NCBI GenBank assembly: GCA_964036045.1
Contig: OZ038378.1
Location: 1,116,001 to 1,180,000 of the forward strand
Length of the DNA stretch: 64,000 nucleotides
DNA from: Eutreptiella sp. 'Long Island Sound 2002'
Taxonomy: Eukaryota; Protista; Euglenida
Reading direction: 5' to 3'
Of the stretch, positions 1 through 14,100 are shown one piece after another (position 1 is the first letter of the stretch; every line of letters begins with the position of its first letter). Under the pieces are notes generated by a model. It saw only the letters and a program-made list of their open reading frames with translations. It did no database searches and was not told where the DNA came from. Both the position numbers and the translations under genes were made by a program.

Positions 1-1133
1 TGCGCAAATGGTCGCCTTCGGAGTCAGACAGCGGATAGGGGCAGGCGTGAGACACCGACCTGGTTTGCATGGAAGGGCACCTCCTGCGCGCTTGGGCGCT
101 GCGGGTAGCCCCAGGCTCCTCACAAAAGCAACAGGGGACCAGGCGCGGGCGCACCCACGGACGCGCACGCGGGCACAACACGCACACGACGCACATGCGG
201 GAGACGGACGCGGGTGCACATCGCATCGGATTGTGGGTGCGGACTGTCGAGGAGGCCACGAATCAGAACGCTTGTGTTTACTGCACACAAACCCCAACAG
301 CCACGGACGACCGCAGCAAAAACGGCGGGCAGCGCGGTACGAGAGGCCAACGAAGACCCAAGGGCCGACGGCGCCTCGATCCCAAACAAACGCGACAAAC
401 CCACGCGCGCGCGCAACACACAGCACACAAACACACGATAAGAATCGCAAGAAATGCAATTGAAGCCAGAAAAGCGGTCGCACACACGCGCGCGCAGGCA
501 CGCACCATGGAAAAGGCAGGGGCCACAGCAAACCAGCAAAACACCCGGGCACGCGCCTGCGCACCCGCACACGCAAACCGACAAAGGGTCAACGGAGGTC
601 CTGTTGGCGGATGCCCTCGACCATCCACGACAACAACACCCGCATACGCGCACTGTGCGCCGGCAGACATCCGCCGCCAGCCCACCAAACGAACAGACCC
701 GCCACAGGCCTGGCCCCTCGTGCATGCGGCACCACACGTGCGCGCGCGCGCCCCCTCACAGCTGTCAGGGCGCTGCCCCTGGTCGGCATGGAACACGGCT
801 CTCCGCGGGCCCCGTGGTGTGCACGCGTGCAGGCGGGCGCGCGGATTGAACACAGGCGCGCGGTATGCATGAGCCTCCTGGGGCATGTCCACGCTCACGC
901 ACGGCGGTCTGGCACCGAAATGAACTGTGCGTGCCCAACCCCGGCCGAGTGCCTTAGGGCATACTTACCAGGGCTGTCCGCGATGAAACCTACTGCAAAC
1001 CGCCAAAAACTGCCGAAACCCCGGCCTCAACGAAGCGCCTGCCAGACAAGTAACTGCCATCGGTTAACGGCATCGCCCACCCTCCAGACCGCACAGAAGG
1101 CCCAGCACAGTCCTCGGAAACAGAGGCAAACTC

Positions 1134-2157
1134 TCAGTCCTGAAACGTGCGGCTCTCAAAGGCGGGGCTGGTGGGGGATTTCTTTGGCTTCAGCTTCTTC
1201 AAAGTACTGCAGTGCAGACAGGCCGATTTCACGCCGTAGGACGCCAGAAAGTCTCTCACATCGAAACGCTCGATACCTGCGGAGGGCACGTGATCCGTTG
1301 GGATGTGGGTATCACTGACAGGGGCTGGAGCGGAGGTGTGGAGGGGTAGTGGAGGGATGTGCAGGGTTGTGGAGAGGTGTGGAGGGGTGTGGAGGGGTGT
1401 GCAGGGGTGTGCAGGGATGTGGAGGGATGTGGAGGGGTGTGAAGGGGTGTGGAGAGGTGTGCAGGGGTGTGCAGGGGTGTGCAGGGGTGGAGGGATTCGG
1501 AGCGATGTGCGGGGGTGTGGAGGGATGTGGAGGAATGTGGAGGGGTGTGGCAGGGGCGTGCAGCAACGCGACGCTGAAGAAGGCGCGCCCATGAAGACGG
1601 GTTGGTGACCATGCAGCACAACGGGTGTCAAGGGCCCTGTCTTCTGCGTGACCTGCTTGTGTGTGCGGGGGAAAGATCAGGTGTGGACCCGCCAGTGTTG
1701 CTGCGGCCGCGGAGCCTTCACTTCAATCTCCATTCGAAGCAGTGCCGGATCAAGGTCGTTCAGCCTCCGCCCAAATGGTCTGTTGGAGCTGGTCCCTAGC
1801 CTCTGTGGCTGGGGTGCGGTGTGGGGGGGGCGGGGGGGTTGAAGCATGACGCCTGGGAGGATTGCTGTCTGCAGCCGACGGCGCCTACTGGCCTGTCGCC
1901 ACTGACCCCTATCCTTTCCTTGAACCCTTTCCCTCCGGAGCTGGCGGTGCCCATTGGCGTCTCGCCATCAAAATGATCCTTCTCCTTACCTCACTGAACC
2001 CACTTCCCCTACCTTGGTGATTGGTGCCAATGGAGCCCTGGACTTTCCCTGTCCGTGGGCTCTGTGTGTGTGCACGTGCGCGCGTGTGCGTGTGCGTGTG
2101 TGTGCGCGAGCGCGTGCGTGTTCGTCTGTGTGTGCACGCGCGTGTGCGTGTGCGTGC

Positions 2158-2194
<37 letters not shown>

Positions 2195-5100
2195 TGTGCG
2201 TGCGCGCGCGCGCATGTGTGAAGCCCAATACCATTGACACAACTCCATAGTGTTCGCTGAGATACATCACCTCTCTACAGCTCCGTCCGCACTGCAGCAA
2301 TTTTGGTTTTCCGCCCAATGCGGCCCTCCCTCTCTCTCTGCACGATACAGGGCTTGCACCTCTGTACGGGCCCTGTTGCCCTTACCGCACCCTGCATGCC
2401 CACATGCCCATGCGCCAACCCCTGTGCAATGGCCCCCCATGGGCCGCGCGGTGTGTGTGTGTGTGTGTGTCTGTGTAGAACAATATTAAAGAGGGAGGCC
2501 CGCATGGGTCCAGGGCCCCCAGCAGTCGCCTGAGGCGCCAGCTTGAAAAAGACAAAAAACTACAGTCCTGACGGGCTGTGGAGCTGTCTCTGGTGCCTGC
2601 TCGGGTCGCGGTAGGGGGCCTCACCTGAGCCAGAACCTCTGGGATGTGTGTGTGTGTGTCTGTGTGTGTTTGGGGGGTGAGTGTGGAAATTAGAGTGTTT
2701 GTCCCACTACTGAAAATTGCAGCCTTTTGCTCCCGTGGCCTACATACGTCCTCATCATCACATCATCGATGGCCAACAACAAAGTGGCGGATCATGCACA
2801 TCCGTGACAAAACATGCTTCCAGCACCTCTCACACCCCCAGCCGACAGCCTACCAGCCTTCTGGCCCCTTGGGGATCGGATCGGGAGGAGTCCCCATGGC
2901 ACCAATACTGCCCATTCCGTGCGCTTTGGGAGGTAGAACAGTTGTTTCGGGTCGTGAGGCTCATGTGTAAGAGAGTCTGGCCTGGACAACCCGGATGTTC
3001 GATGGCCCCGGGGGGTAGGGGGGGCATGGGCGGGAACAACCCCCCAACCCCCAAAAAATGGGGCCCCATTGACCGGACCCCCTTAAATGCCCCCCGGGGA
3101 CGGCCGGAGGTGACCCGAAGCCCCAACGTCAAGAAAAGTGAAAACGGCATTTTGGAATGAGCGCGACGCGGGGACCCGGCAACGTCATCACTTGTCTGCC
3201 GTTCAGTGCAGAATGTTTTGACCATTTTTGACGCAAGGAGTGAATGCGGTTTTTAGACCAACAGCGGTTGGCAGCCGATGCGACGGTGGGTGGCGATCGA
3301 CGGACAGCGGGTGGCGGTTGACCGACGGCGCTTGGGATTGACTGATGGCTGGCAGTTGAGAGCGAGCGGTTGGCCTTTCGCAGCGGTTTTTAGCCTTTGG
3401 ACGCCTGCCCCCAACCGGCAGCTCCCGCTACCGCCAAATGGCCACCAAATCACAAACCTTTGATGTCCATGGGGCGCACTTTGGCCGTCAGCATCATGCT
3501 CACTTGCTGCTGGTAGCAGCCGATGTGGTATGCATGCCCGCAGTGAAACATGAGCACGTTTGCGGATTTTTCGTACTGCCCTGCAGACATACCACAGAGC
3601 TCGCTTGGCGAGCGAAGGGACAACGGGCACACATGAGCCCGTGGGCAGGGCGTTGCTTGAGCGGAGGGGGGAGGGGGGTCCAGGGGGGGGGGAGCCCCCC
3701 CCCCCCCCCCCCTCCCCTGCCGGAATGAACCATATCGACCAAGCATTGCAAAAATGCACCACATTGACCCATTCAGTATATACATTTGTCATAATGTCTG
3801 AACACAGGTAATCAAATCATCTTTTTGGGTTTTTGGGTTTTGAAGATTTGTAGAGGTGACCCTGTGGAAACCTTGACCACCTTTTTGACACTGTCTAGCA
3901 AGTCGTCCCAGGGGACTCCCAGCACAGTGGTGTTGTGGGAGTCGCTGGCTGCGCAACTACTCGTTCCCTCCAGGGTCTGTCTGGGGTTCCTTTTTTGGGT
4001 TTCTCTGGGACCTCAGGTGCAGGACAGTGCAGATTTGTGGGGGCTGTGAAAGACAAAAAATACGCATGTTGCAACAGAGCCTGTGTCCGTGGCATCTGTG
4101 CTGCCCAGCGTGCGCACACGATAGGTTGCATGAGCAAAAACTCATGCGGCAGGCAGCGCACCTCGCAGTCTTGGCGTGCCATTACGGCTGCTCGTGTTAT
4201 AAACTCATGCAGAGTTGCCATTGGAGTGTTCAGAAACAGTGTGGAACATGCTTTCTGTGCCACATTATACGCCTCTTGCTTTTTTTTCCCAGTCCATCTA
4301 TCTTGGAAACAAAAATAGAGGAACGCGTTTACAACACCGTCGCGTTTTACGCGGGGACACGGTTGGACTGGAGTGCCGAAGAACGCACTTATGGGACGCT
4401 GGGACATGGTGTCTGCAACAGAGGGAAGAAAGGATACAGTGGAGTGACCAAAGAACCCTGCTATAAGTGCGCCGAAGGCGCGGGAGGAAAAAATTGGTCC
4501 AAACGCAAGTGCAGATTTGTGGGGGCTGTGAAAGACAAAAAATACGCATGTTGCAACAGAGCCTGTGTCCGTGGCATCTGTGCTGCCCAGCGTGCGCACA
4601 CGATAGGTTGCATGAGCAAAAACTCATGCGGCAGGCAGCACACCTCGCAGTCTTGGCGTGCCATTACGGCTGCTCGTGTTATAAACTCATGCAGAGTTGC
4701 CATTGGAGTGTTCAGAAACAGTGTGAAACATGCTTTCTGTGCCACATTATACGCCTCTTGCCTTTTTTTCCCAGTCCATCTATCTTGGAAACAAAAATAG
4801 AGGAACGTGTTTACAACACCGTCGCGTTTTACGCGGGGACACGGTTGGACTGGGGTGCCGAAGAACGCACTTATGGGACGCTGGGACATGGTGTCTGCAA
4901 CAGAGGGAAGAAAGGATACAGTGGAGTGACCAAAGAACCCTGCTATAAGTGCGCTGAAGGCGCGGGAGGAAAAAATTGACCCAAACGAAAAAACGTTCCC
5001 AAAACCCTGATTCTCAGATGAATTAGAGTGGAGGGGGGAGGGGAGGAGGGGGTCCAGGGGAGGGAGGGAGGTGGTCCAAGGGGGAGCCCCCCTCCCCCTG

Positions 5101-8100
5101 CCGGAATGAAAATTAAAACAACGCCCTGGCCCGTGGGGCATGCTATCTGCCACAGCGCAAAGTGTCCAAGAAAAGGGACCTCCGGCAACATCAGGAAACA
5201 CTCAGCCACAGTGTGCAACCTGCTGAACGACGCAACCAGCTTTATACTCGCACAACAGAGTGTCTCAAGGCCCGTGGAATTGCGAAGGTGGTTCGCTGTT
5301 GCCGACAGACGTCCACCACCGTCTGCCGCATCATTCACAATCCTGACTCCTACGGAAAGGCTGGGGCATCAAAGGGATTCGCAGCAAATCAAGCGATGCT
5401 ACTCTGATGTCTACTGTGCACAACTGTGGGTATGAGGCATCAGATCAAGGCAAGCTTTCTGAGGATTCAATGTCTCCACGTGAAACAATCCATCGTGGTC
5501 ATGAAACACTGTGTTGAGATCGTCTAACGTATTGCACGAGAGCACATGTGATGAAAAGGAGCGCAGAGTGCGCATGAAAAGCAACGATTGCACAAACTAT
5601 ACCACGTACCCAAATCCAATGCATGTAACCATGAGGGGCGGCTGACTGGCCATCGACGGCGGTTGCCAGCGAGGCGATGGTGGGCAACGCTTGACCAGCA
5701 GCGGCGGCGCGGCGGACGCCCCACAACTGCCGACAATCTTCTCCTCGTCTATTGTTTTCAAAGGTCCTGCCCCCCCAAAAGCAACCCCGTCGTCATGGTC
5801 CATGCAAAACTGCATACCCTGACGAGGCTTCAGCGTGTCATTGCAGGACATACACCTGGCAGCTGGCTTGACCTTGATCGCTTGCGCATGCCCTGTGAAC
5901 AGGTCACGCTCCAAAGCGACCAAATCTTTCCTGAGAGGTGCGAGACGGACGTCGGGGGCAAATGCAAATCCACCCAGCACACCACCCAGAACACTACCCA
6001 GCACACCACCCAGCACACCACCCACGCATCTTACAGATGTTCTGGACCCGACGCCTCATGTAGCTGTGATGGCTCTGGGTGTGTACCCCTCTTTTTTGCA
6101 CTGTGCCTCCCAGATATCCGGTTGGGGGCTCCCAGGTCACGTAAGCGTTGACATGCTCATAACATCAAGTTCAAATCTCCTGTGTTTGCCAAGGATACAA
6201 GGAAGACGGACAACTGGCTGCAGATGTGACAGAAAATCAATCTTATGAAACAGAGGAGGCTCATTTGATGCTGAGAATGGTGGCCAGAAAGCATTGGTAC
6301 CTCAATGGCGCTTGAAGTGTTGTATATGTATCTTTGGCTGCATGTGGGTGCATCTCTCAACCATTGTATATGCTCCATGTGCAGTGATCGAAAGAGAACT
6401 TCAGGCTTTGAACATTCAAACAAACAATGCAACTCTGATTCCGCTTTTCTCACGGGGATAACAGGCTCGACCAGGAGGTACAGCACCCGTGGCACGACAG
6501 GCCCACACCCTGTCCCATGGCTCGAGCAGCACCACTGTGTCCCGGTTACACCCTAAAGCAGCATGAGAATGTGTACCTCTCTTGTACACAGACCATCATC
6601 ATGCATGACCTCATGACGTCTCGTCAGGCACAAGCACAGCATTTGAAACGCAGAATGGTCGTTTGCGGCACCAGTTGCACTGTTTGTGGCTGTGGCTGTG
6701 GCCCGTTACCACCAAGACAGAGCGTCATGTGCAAGCCTGAGGGCTTGACTGTGTGTTCACAGCCTCATGTCTTGACGATGTTGTTGCTCTTTGTCCTTGG
6801 GACCCTCAATATGACCGCTGGGTGCCTCTGCCATGGCGGCAGTGGTGGCTAGCGATCCCACCATTGGGGGCACTGCTCCCATGCGCATACGACGAAGGGT
6901 GAAAAGACATACTGCAGCACATCACGACATCCGTCCTTCAGAACTTTGGTGAGGGAGTTGTTGTGGACAATCTTGACCAACTTGTCCCTGAGCCCAGGGA
7001 TCTTGATTCCTGAACACAGCAGAGCAGCCTTGTATGAGCTGCAGATGGGCATACACGAGACGGTCAACATGAACACTTAAGTGCCCCTGCCACCAGGGGA
7101 CCTCCATCAGAGATGCGCTTGCAGGGGAGGGGTACGTCAAAGACTCATTGGTGGGGTTTGGGTGGCCGCTCCGTGCGGGAACACGCCCCGGCCCTCTCCT
7201 CCGCACTGCACTCAGTGGCGGCCCGGATTCGAATCCAGGAAGACCAACCTGGCGTCGGGGCCTATGGCCAATATGCTGCAGGAGTACCCCTCAGCGATGC
7301 CGTCGGCAGCTGGCAAAAAACCGCCCAGACTCTCATTCGCAAGGAAAAAAGCCTGCTACCCCGAAAGAAATCTCTGTGAGACACTAGCGCCCGCACCACC
7401 AGGGGATCCCACCTCATGCGGTCCAGGTTAGGGTAAGGTGCCCGAGGAATTGGATGTGCCCTGTGGCTGTCCGCAGCACTCAGCGCAGCAGCTCAGCAGC
7501 GCGTTGGGAGGGGACGTACCTGAAGGGATCTTGTGGATCAGGACAAGCGGATCGATGGTACGCATGGCGCCCTCAACACTGGCCAAGTGCTCCAGCAAAT
7601 CGCTGATGAGATTGGCCGACTTCAGACACAGTTCGATCAGCAGATCGAACAGATCATCGTCATGATGCTCCATGATGAAGCGCACCGCCTGCGGCCGCAG
7701 ACAAAAGTCCAAGGACGGGCAGAGAGCCCTGAGTGCTGAGCAGGGCTCCACCGCCTGGGGTGGCCCCAATCACGCTTTAGAGCGAGGGGAGGGGGGGGTT
7801 GCCATAGAGGCTCAGTGTGCCAGGTGGTACTCCGTGATAAGGTCCTTGGTGGTCAATCCGCTGCGTATTGTATTCGGGGCTCCCGAAAAATTTATTTGGG
7901 GGTGGGGGGCTCTTAGATCCCCTTTTCCAACACCCCCCCCCCACCTGGGGGGGAGGGGCTCCAAGGGCCGGCTCTCTTTTTTCCATGTTTTGCATGCATA
8001 TTCCATGACAAAAGCGCTGGCACTGTCACGGTGTGTCCCTGTCCCTGTCACTGTCACTGTCACTGTGTCACTCCAAAGAGGGGGGGGGGGGTCCTCCTAT

Positions 8101-11100
8101 GGTTGTCAGCCGTTCTATTACATTCTTGCCCCCCCCCCCAATAAGCAAAGTGGAGCCAAAATTTTCAGAGATTTGCAATGAGGAAATAAGCTTGTGGCCC
8201 TTGGAGCCCCTTTCCGCAACCCCCCCCCTCCCTGAATTTGGGGGGGCTCCAAGCCCCCCCCCCGTAAAATTTTATTGCCTTCGGCAAGGCACCTCGAAGA
8301 GAGGCTGACAGTTAGCCAATCGGTCAATCAATCAGGCAAGCAGTCAGTCAGGTAGTCGGTCGGGCAAGCAGGCAGGCAGACAGGTAGGCAGAAACACACA
8401 GCTTGGCTTTTCTTTTTTAGTCGCGGACTACATCTACAAACAGTGGGGAACCCCTGTTCCGCCGGAGCAATCGGCGATCGAGTGGTAGAACATTCGCGTT
8501 TCGCCCAAAGTGTCGTCGGTTCAAATCTTGGCTCGCGATCGCCAGCGCAGATCCATCGATCCTTTATTCTTTTTCACCCGACCCTGGTTCAACTCCTTCT
8601 AAGCAGAAACTCTTGACCCCCCCAACCCAACCCCCGTCTCAAATGTGACACTCAGTTTCAGGGGGATAGAGGCCTCAAAATCAAAACATCCATTGGGCGA
8701 TCGTTTTGTCAGGCGTTAGACATACAATATCATGCCTTCGGGTATGCTACGCAAACGACCCCCAAAAAAGGGGGTGTACGGGTCCGCGACTGCACTTGAT
8801 CTAACAACCTCTCTTCGAGGTGATTTTCACCGGCCCCGGAACACTTCGGTGTGCTGCGAACACTCTTGCACACAGAGGGTCCAGCACTGAGGTCGGTGCA
8901 CCCGAAGTCCTGCAGCACTCGTGTTCTGGCGACACCTTTCATAGGGTGAGTTGCATGCAGCATTGTGAGGCCATCACACATGATCGCACCCGCTTGGGGA
9001 GAGGGGGTGCGCCGGTATGAACTGTGCGCTTGCACCAACTGGTGGGCTTGGGGGCCATGGCCACACCAGGTCAGTTCCAGACGCCGACCCCCGTGGCTTG
9101 GGCAGGGGGAGGAGCGGGGGTCATACTTTTTTTTCGGGGTTTGGGGGCGGTTCTGAATTTTTTTACCTTCAGCAAGGGACCTCGAAGAGAGACAATTGAC
9201 GTTGTGGGTAAATCGTAAACCAAAGGCCGACGGAGGTCTGCCCGTCGCAGTGCAAATACACCCAAAAAGGCACTTTTGAGGGCCAATAAGCACCATCAAG
9301 AGGACCTAGCTGGTGCTACATGGGTTTATACATATTCCCATTGTCACCAAACAATCAGCCCACAACGGCCCAAGGGTCCCCCGGGTCGGCGGGGGTCACA
9401 TCGTGAAAAAAATTCTATTACCTTCGGCAAGGAACCTCGCAGAGAGAGAAAAATCGAATTTTCGAAAATTCTCAGGTGCCACTGAACGGCATAAAAAAAC
9501 AGCAATTTGGGGGCTTTGGGGGGGCCCGTGGCCCGGGCTACATGGGCCTAGCAGCCACTACGTGGGCCTACATGGGTGCTCAAGTCCCCGTATTGTCACC
9601 AAATGATCACCCAAACCCATCCTAGGGGCGACGGAAGGGTTTCGGAAAAAGCTGAATTTTCAAAATTTTTCAGGTGCCACTCAACAGCCTACCTGGAGTT
9701 CACACCCAGGACCCACGCCACGGGTTCAGGGGTCCATCAACGAAAAAAATCTTCAGGACACAGGTCCAAATCCACACACAGCAGCCGCAACTCACAAAGA
9801 AGTTCTGACCCCCCCTCCCTGCCCCCCACACCCACCCCCCAAAAAATGGGGTACCCAGGTACAGGGGGGTAGGGGGTTCAAAATCTAAAAAAATTCATTG
9901 GGGGATCATTTTGTTTCTTGAAATGATCATTTCACAAGGGGTTACACATCTGACCTTGGGGTATGTTGCGCGAATAACCCCCCAAAAGGGGGGGGGGTAT
10001 ACAGCATCCGCACCTGCACTTGATCCAACAACCCTCACAGCCAACGCAGCCTGGCTTGAAAACAGCTAAACACTCACCGGTGGGGCCCCATGGGGGGGCT
10101 GATCTTGGAAACCTGGAGATGGCACCAGGGACCCCGTCGTTGGACCTGGGGTCCATATAGAAGAAAAAAGTGAAACGGGACCACGGGGTGAAATGACGCA
10201 CAGTGGCGGTACTATCAAGTGACACAAGTGCTACAGGCCATCCAAGTCTTGCCCACCACGGTGCAAATACCAAAACGGCGCTTTTGGGGGCTAATAAGCA
10301 CCATTGGGAGCGCCTAATTGGTGCTACATGGCTGCCATGGCTTTATGCCTACTCCCATTGGTCACCAAATGCACCCAACAACAGCCCAATGGTCCCTAGG
10401 GGTTGTCGGAGGTCACCCTGAAATCGCAATTTTACATCCAACCCGTGCCGGCCCAAGAGCAGCTAAGTATTCACCGGTAGGGCCCCATAGAGGGGCCGAT
10501 CTTGGAAAGTTCGAGATAGCACCCGGGACCCCCATCGCTGGTTAGGGGGTCCATATGGAAGAAAAAAGTGGAATGGGACCTGGATCCGAATCGACGCGCA
10601 GTGGCGGCCATCGGCCAACCAAATTTTGCCCACCACGGTGCTAACAGGCCCAAAACGGCGCTTTTGGGGCCAATGACCACCACTAGCAAGGCCTAGCTGG
10701 TGCTACACGGCTCCCCATGGCTTTATACGTAGCCCCATTGTCTCACCTCATCTCCCCGTTCCTTCATCCCCATGCATCCCCCCAAGAGGCCCCAATCATA
10801 CACCCTGCGAGCAGCCTTTCCTGAACCCAGGACGGGAGTCCTGGGTGCTATCTCCGACTTTCCAAGCTCGGCTCCCCTATGGGCCCTTGCCGGTGAGGAC
10901 TTAGCCATTCTCAGGTGAGCATGGGTTGGCTGAAAATTTTCGGAAACCACCTCACAGAGGTTGTTGGATCAAAACCCTGCAGGCTCGCATACATGGGAAA
11001 TGAAAGGGGGAGGGGGTCTCGCTGTTGAAGCACCACCCTGCCCACTGACAGCTCAGAACTCTGCTGGGGTGCTGAGGGCGTGTGACCTCCTTGACGTCCC

Positions 11101-14100
11101 CGAGCTTCGTCATGATCAACTTCAGGGCATTGTGTGTGTCCCCCATGCGGCCCATCACGAACACTTGCTCCCGGATCATGCTCTTTGCCCGGCAGATCTG
11201 CAGCGCGGCCTTCCAGTTGATGTTTTCGCTGCTGCGGAGGAACATCAGCAAACACTCCGGCTCATGCTCGGCATAGAGCTCCACTTGACGGTTGTGGTAC
11301 GCGGCACCCCTTTTCGCATCGGTCTTGAACAACCTGCAAGAAAGCCAACCAAAAACCGTGTCCCAGGGCACCAGCTCTGGCACACCGCTGTGTTGTATCG
11401 CCTGCTGCCGTGGCACACCGTTGTATCACCTGCTGCTGTTGCACACCACTGTGTTGTGTGTGGTATCATGTGTGGTACCATGTGCAGTACCACGTGCACT
11501 ATCGTGTGGTATCATGTGCTGCTGTGGTGCACCGCGCAACCTGTGGCTTTTGGGCTCACAGTGCGGAACGTGCCAAACTGCATTAGAGGCCCAGACTGCA
11601 TAAGGGGATCCGCCGGGACCCAATTCAGGGACAGAATGTGGACACACAGTGACCTGTCCAAGTACAAATGCTCGTATCCTGAATTGCCCTCCAATTGACT
11701 GATGACGTGCTCCACCGGAAGACGGTCCACATTATCCACAAGGAGTTGCAGAGTGCGGTCACGGTTGAGGTCCATGAATGCCATGACCTGCACAAACGTG
11801 AGCGTCACGTAGATATGCAGGGCGGTTCGGAGGGTTACCGCGGTGGTTCATGCAGAGATTCGAGGATGATAGGGCTTCGTGCGGCCTTGAAGCTGATGTG
11901 CAGGGCTATGCAGGGGGGTGGAAGGCATGGGGAGGACAGGCTGTGGAGGGGGAAGCAGCGACTCTGGGAAGGGGGGTATGGGTACGGATATGGTGACTAT
12001 CCTGGAGTGGAGTACCCGAACCCGGCGAGCACTGCCGCCTTCGCTGTATTTTGGTTGCCACTTCAGGCACTGAGGCCAACAGGACCATCAAGCCCGCCCA
12101 GTGGAGCTGAAGGTGTACTTGCGAGTTGCCCCCTGCTTTCACGCAAAAATTGGCGATACATTGGCGTGAAATTGAGTTTTGACAAAAGCAAGATAGTGGT
12201 GGCTAAGTACGAGCGACGCAAATTCAGGGGGTGGGTTCCCAAAACTTTCCAAATTTGCTCAAAATTGGGTTGCCTTTGGCAAATCCACTTCATAGAGAAC
12301 CGCCCCTCGCAATGGAACACCAAATGGCCCTCGGGGTGTGCATATCCATGTATACAAACAAGCTGGTGTTGCCTGCAAACAGCCCTCGTGCAGGTCCATA
12401 AACACACAATCGGTGGGCCTAATTGGTGCAACACAACTCCCCGTGGGTCACCATATGATGACCCAAGTTTGGCCCAAGGCAACCCAGCGGTCGTTGGAGG
12501 TCACCCAAAAATCGCAATTTTTCAGCCCATGCTGGCCTGAGAAAGGCAAAGCCCTCACCCTTGGGGCCCCAATGATGGCCACAACTGGTTTGCCCTTTAG
12601 CCACCGCCATGTACTGATCCAGCCCTAGGTCCCATTGAACTTTTTTCTTCAATGTGGGCCCCAGAGCCCATGGTGGGGCCCCGCTTTCTATCTCCGGGTA
12701 CCCCCCTACCACCACTTTGGGGGGCCAGTGAGAACCACTATGAGGGCCTAATTGGTGCTACATGGCTCTCCATGGGTTTATATTCTTCCATTGTCACCAA
12801 ATGACGGGCCATGACGGGCCCTAGGCGTGGCTAGAGGCTGCAAAACGTGTCTCGAGGCATGGGTAAATTGTCACAACATCCGCAAATGCAACATTCCAGG
12901 GGGTACAAGAGGGCCACAAAAACCTCAAAAAACACTGTGATGACAAAAATGGATTATCCGCCTCACCAAACCAAATTGGGAGCAGAAAATATTTTGACTC
13001 AAAATAAAAAAGATTCGTGACTTTTAACCCGAAAAAACAGGGGGTCGTTTTATTGAAAAAAAATTCTATTGCCTTCAGCAAGACACCTCGAAGAGAGACG
13101 AGCGGCATTGTGGGGAAATCGTACACAATAGGCCGGCGAAATTCTGCCCATTGTAGTGCAAGCAGGCCCGAAACAGCGCTTTCGGGGGCCAATAAGCACC
13201 CCTAGGAGGGCCTAGTTGGTGCTACATGGCTCCCATGGGTTAATAGGTACTTCGATTGTCGCCAAATGATCATCCAACAATGGCCCTAGGCCCCTGGGTG
13301 TTGTCGGAGGTCACCTGGTCACCGGTCCCCATAGGGGGCCGATCTTGGAAAATTGGAGATAGCCCCTGGGACCCCCGCCACTGGTTAGAGGGTCCATCTA
13401 GAAGGAAAATGCATCTTGGTTACTGCCCCAACAAACGCACAGGTCGACAACCTGATGCGGCGGGTGATCCAATCGGCACAACAAGATCCTATCTTCTCAG
13501 AGGAAGTTCTGAAGGATCATCCCGTGCCCTGGATGCGGCTCCGAGCTGCAAGGGGCCGGACCCACAGTGGTGGCTAAAGGCCAACCAAAATCTTGACCTC
13601 CCCGCCTCCCAACAGAGTATTACCCAAGTATGGGGGGTAGAGGGGTCAAACTCGAAAAATTCATTGGGGGATAATTTTGTCTCCCAAAAATGGTGATTTC
13701 ACAATGGGTCACAGACATCCAACATCATACATTGGGGTATGCTCCGCGAATGACCCCCAAAAGGGGGGGGCTATATGGTGCCCATGCCTGCGCTTGATCT
13801 AAGTTCCTCTCTGCGAGGTGATTTTTGACCCTCCCCTGCTACCTCGCTGTGGGATGCGTATGTTGTATGCTAACCTTTACCACACAGGCACAAGATTGCA
13901 GAGCCAGAACAAAAATCTCTTCAGTGACCTTGCCACAGGTGCCTTTCGCTATGATAGAATGCAGTACCCTGTCCAAAGTGTATCCCTCCCCCACCCCTGC
14001 CCCAAAAGTGGGCTTGAGGTTGGGGGGGGGGGGGTTCTAGGGCGATCCCGAGCAAAAACTCGTCGGCAAAATAAGGATTTTACATGGGGCTAAACCACCG

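Noticed and set aside
8-900. Several 130-270 aa ORFs
   Set aside because: Products of CA/CG-rich low-complexity sequence with no family motifs.
961-971. ATACTTACC resembling the U1 snRNA 5' end
   Set aside because: The downstream sequence does not follow U1; it is simply a donor-consensus match on the minus strand.
5100-5435. [14 protein letters not shown] as a BED zinc finger
   Set aside because: Ligand spacing and the final His do not fit; no transposase follows.
6517-6852. Plus-strand Cys-rich ORF resembling a Vps8/Vps41 C-terminus
   Set aside because: The VPS41 exon chain closes without it; the resemblance is too weak to call.
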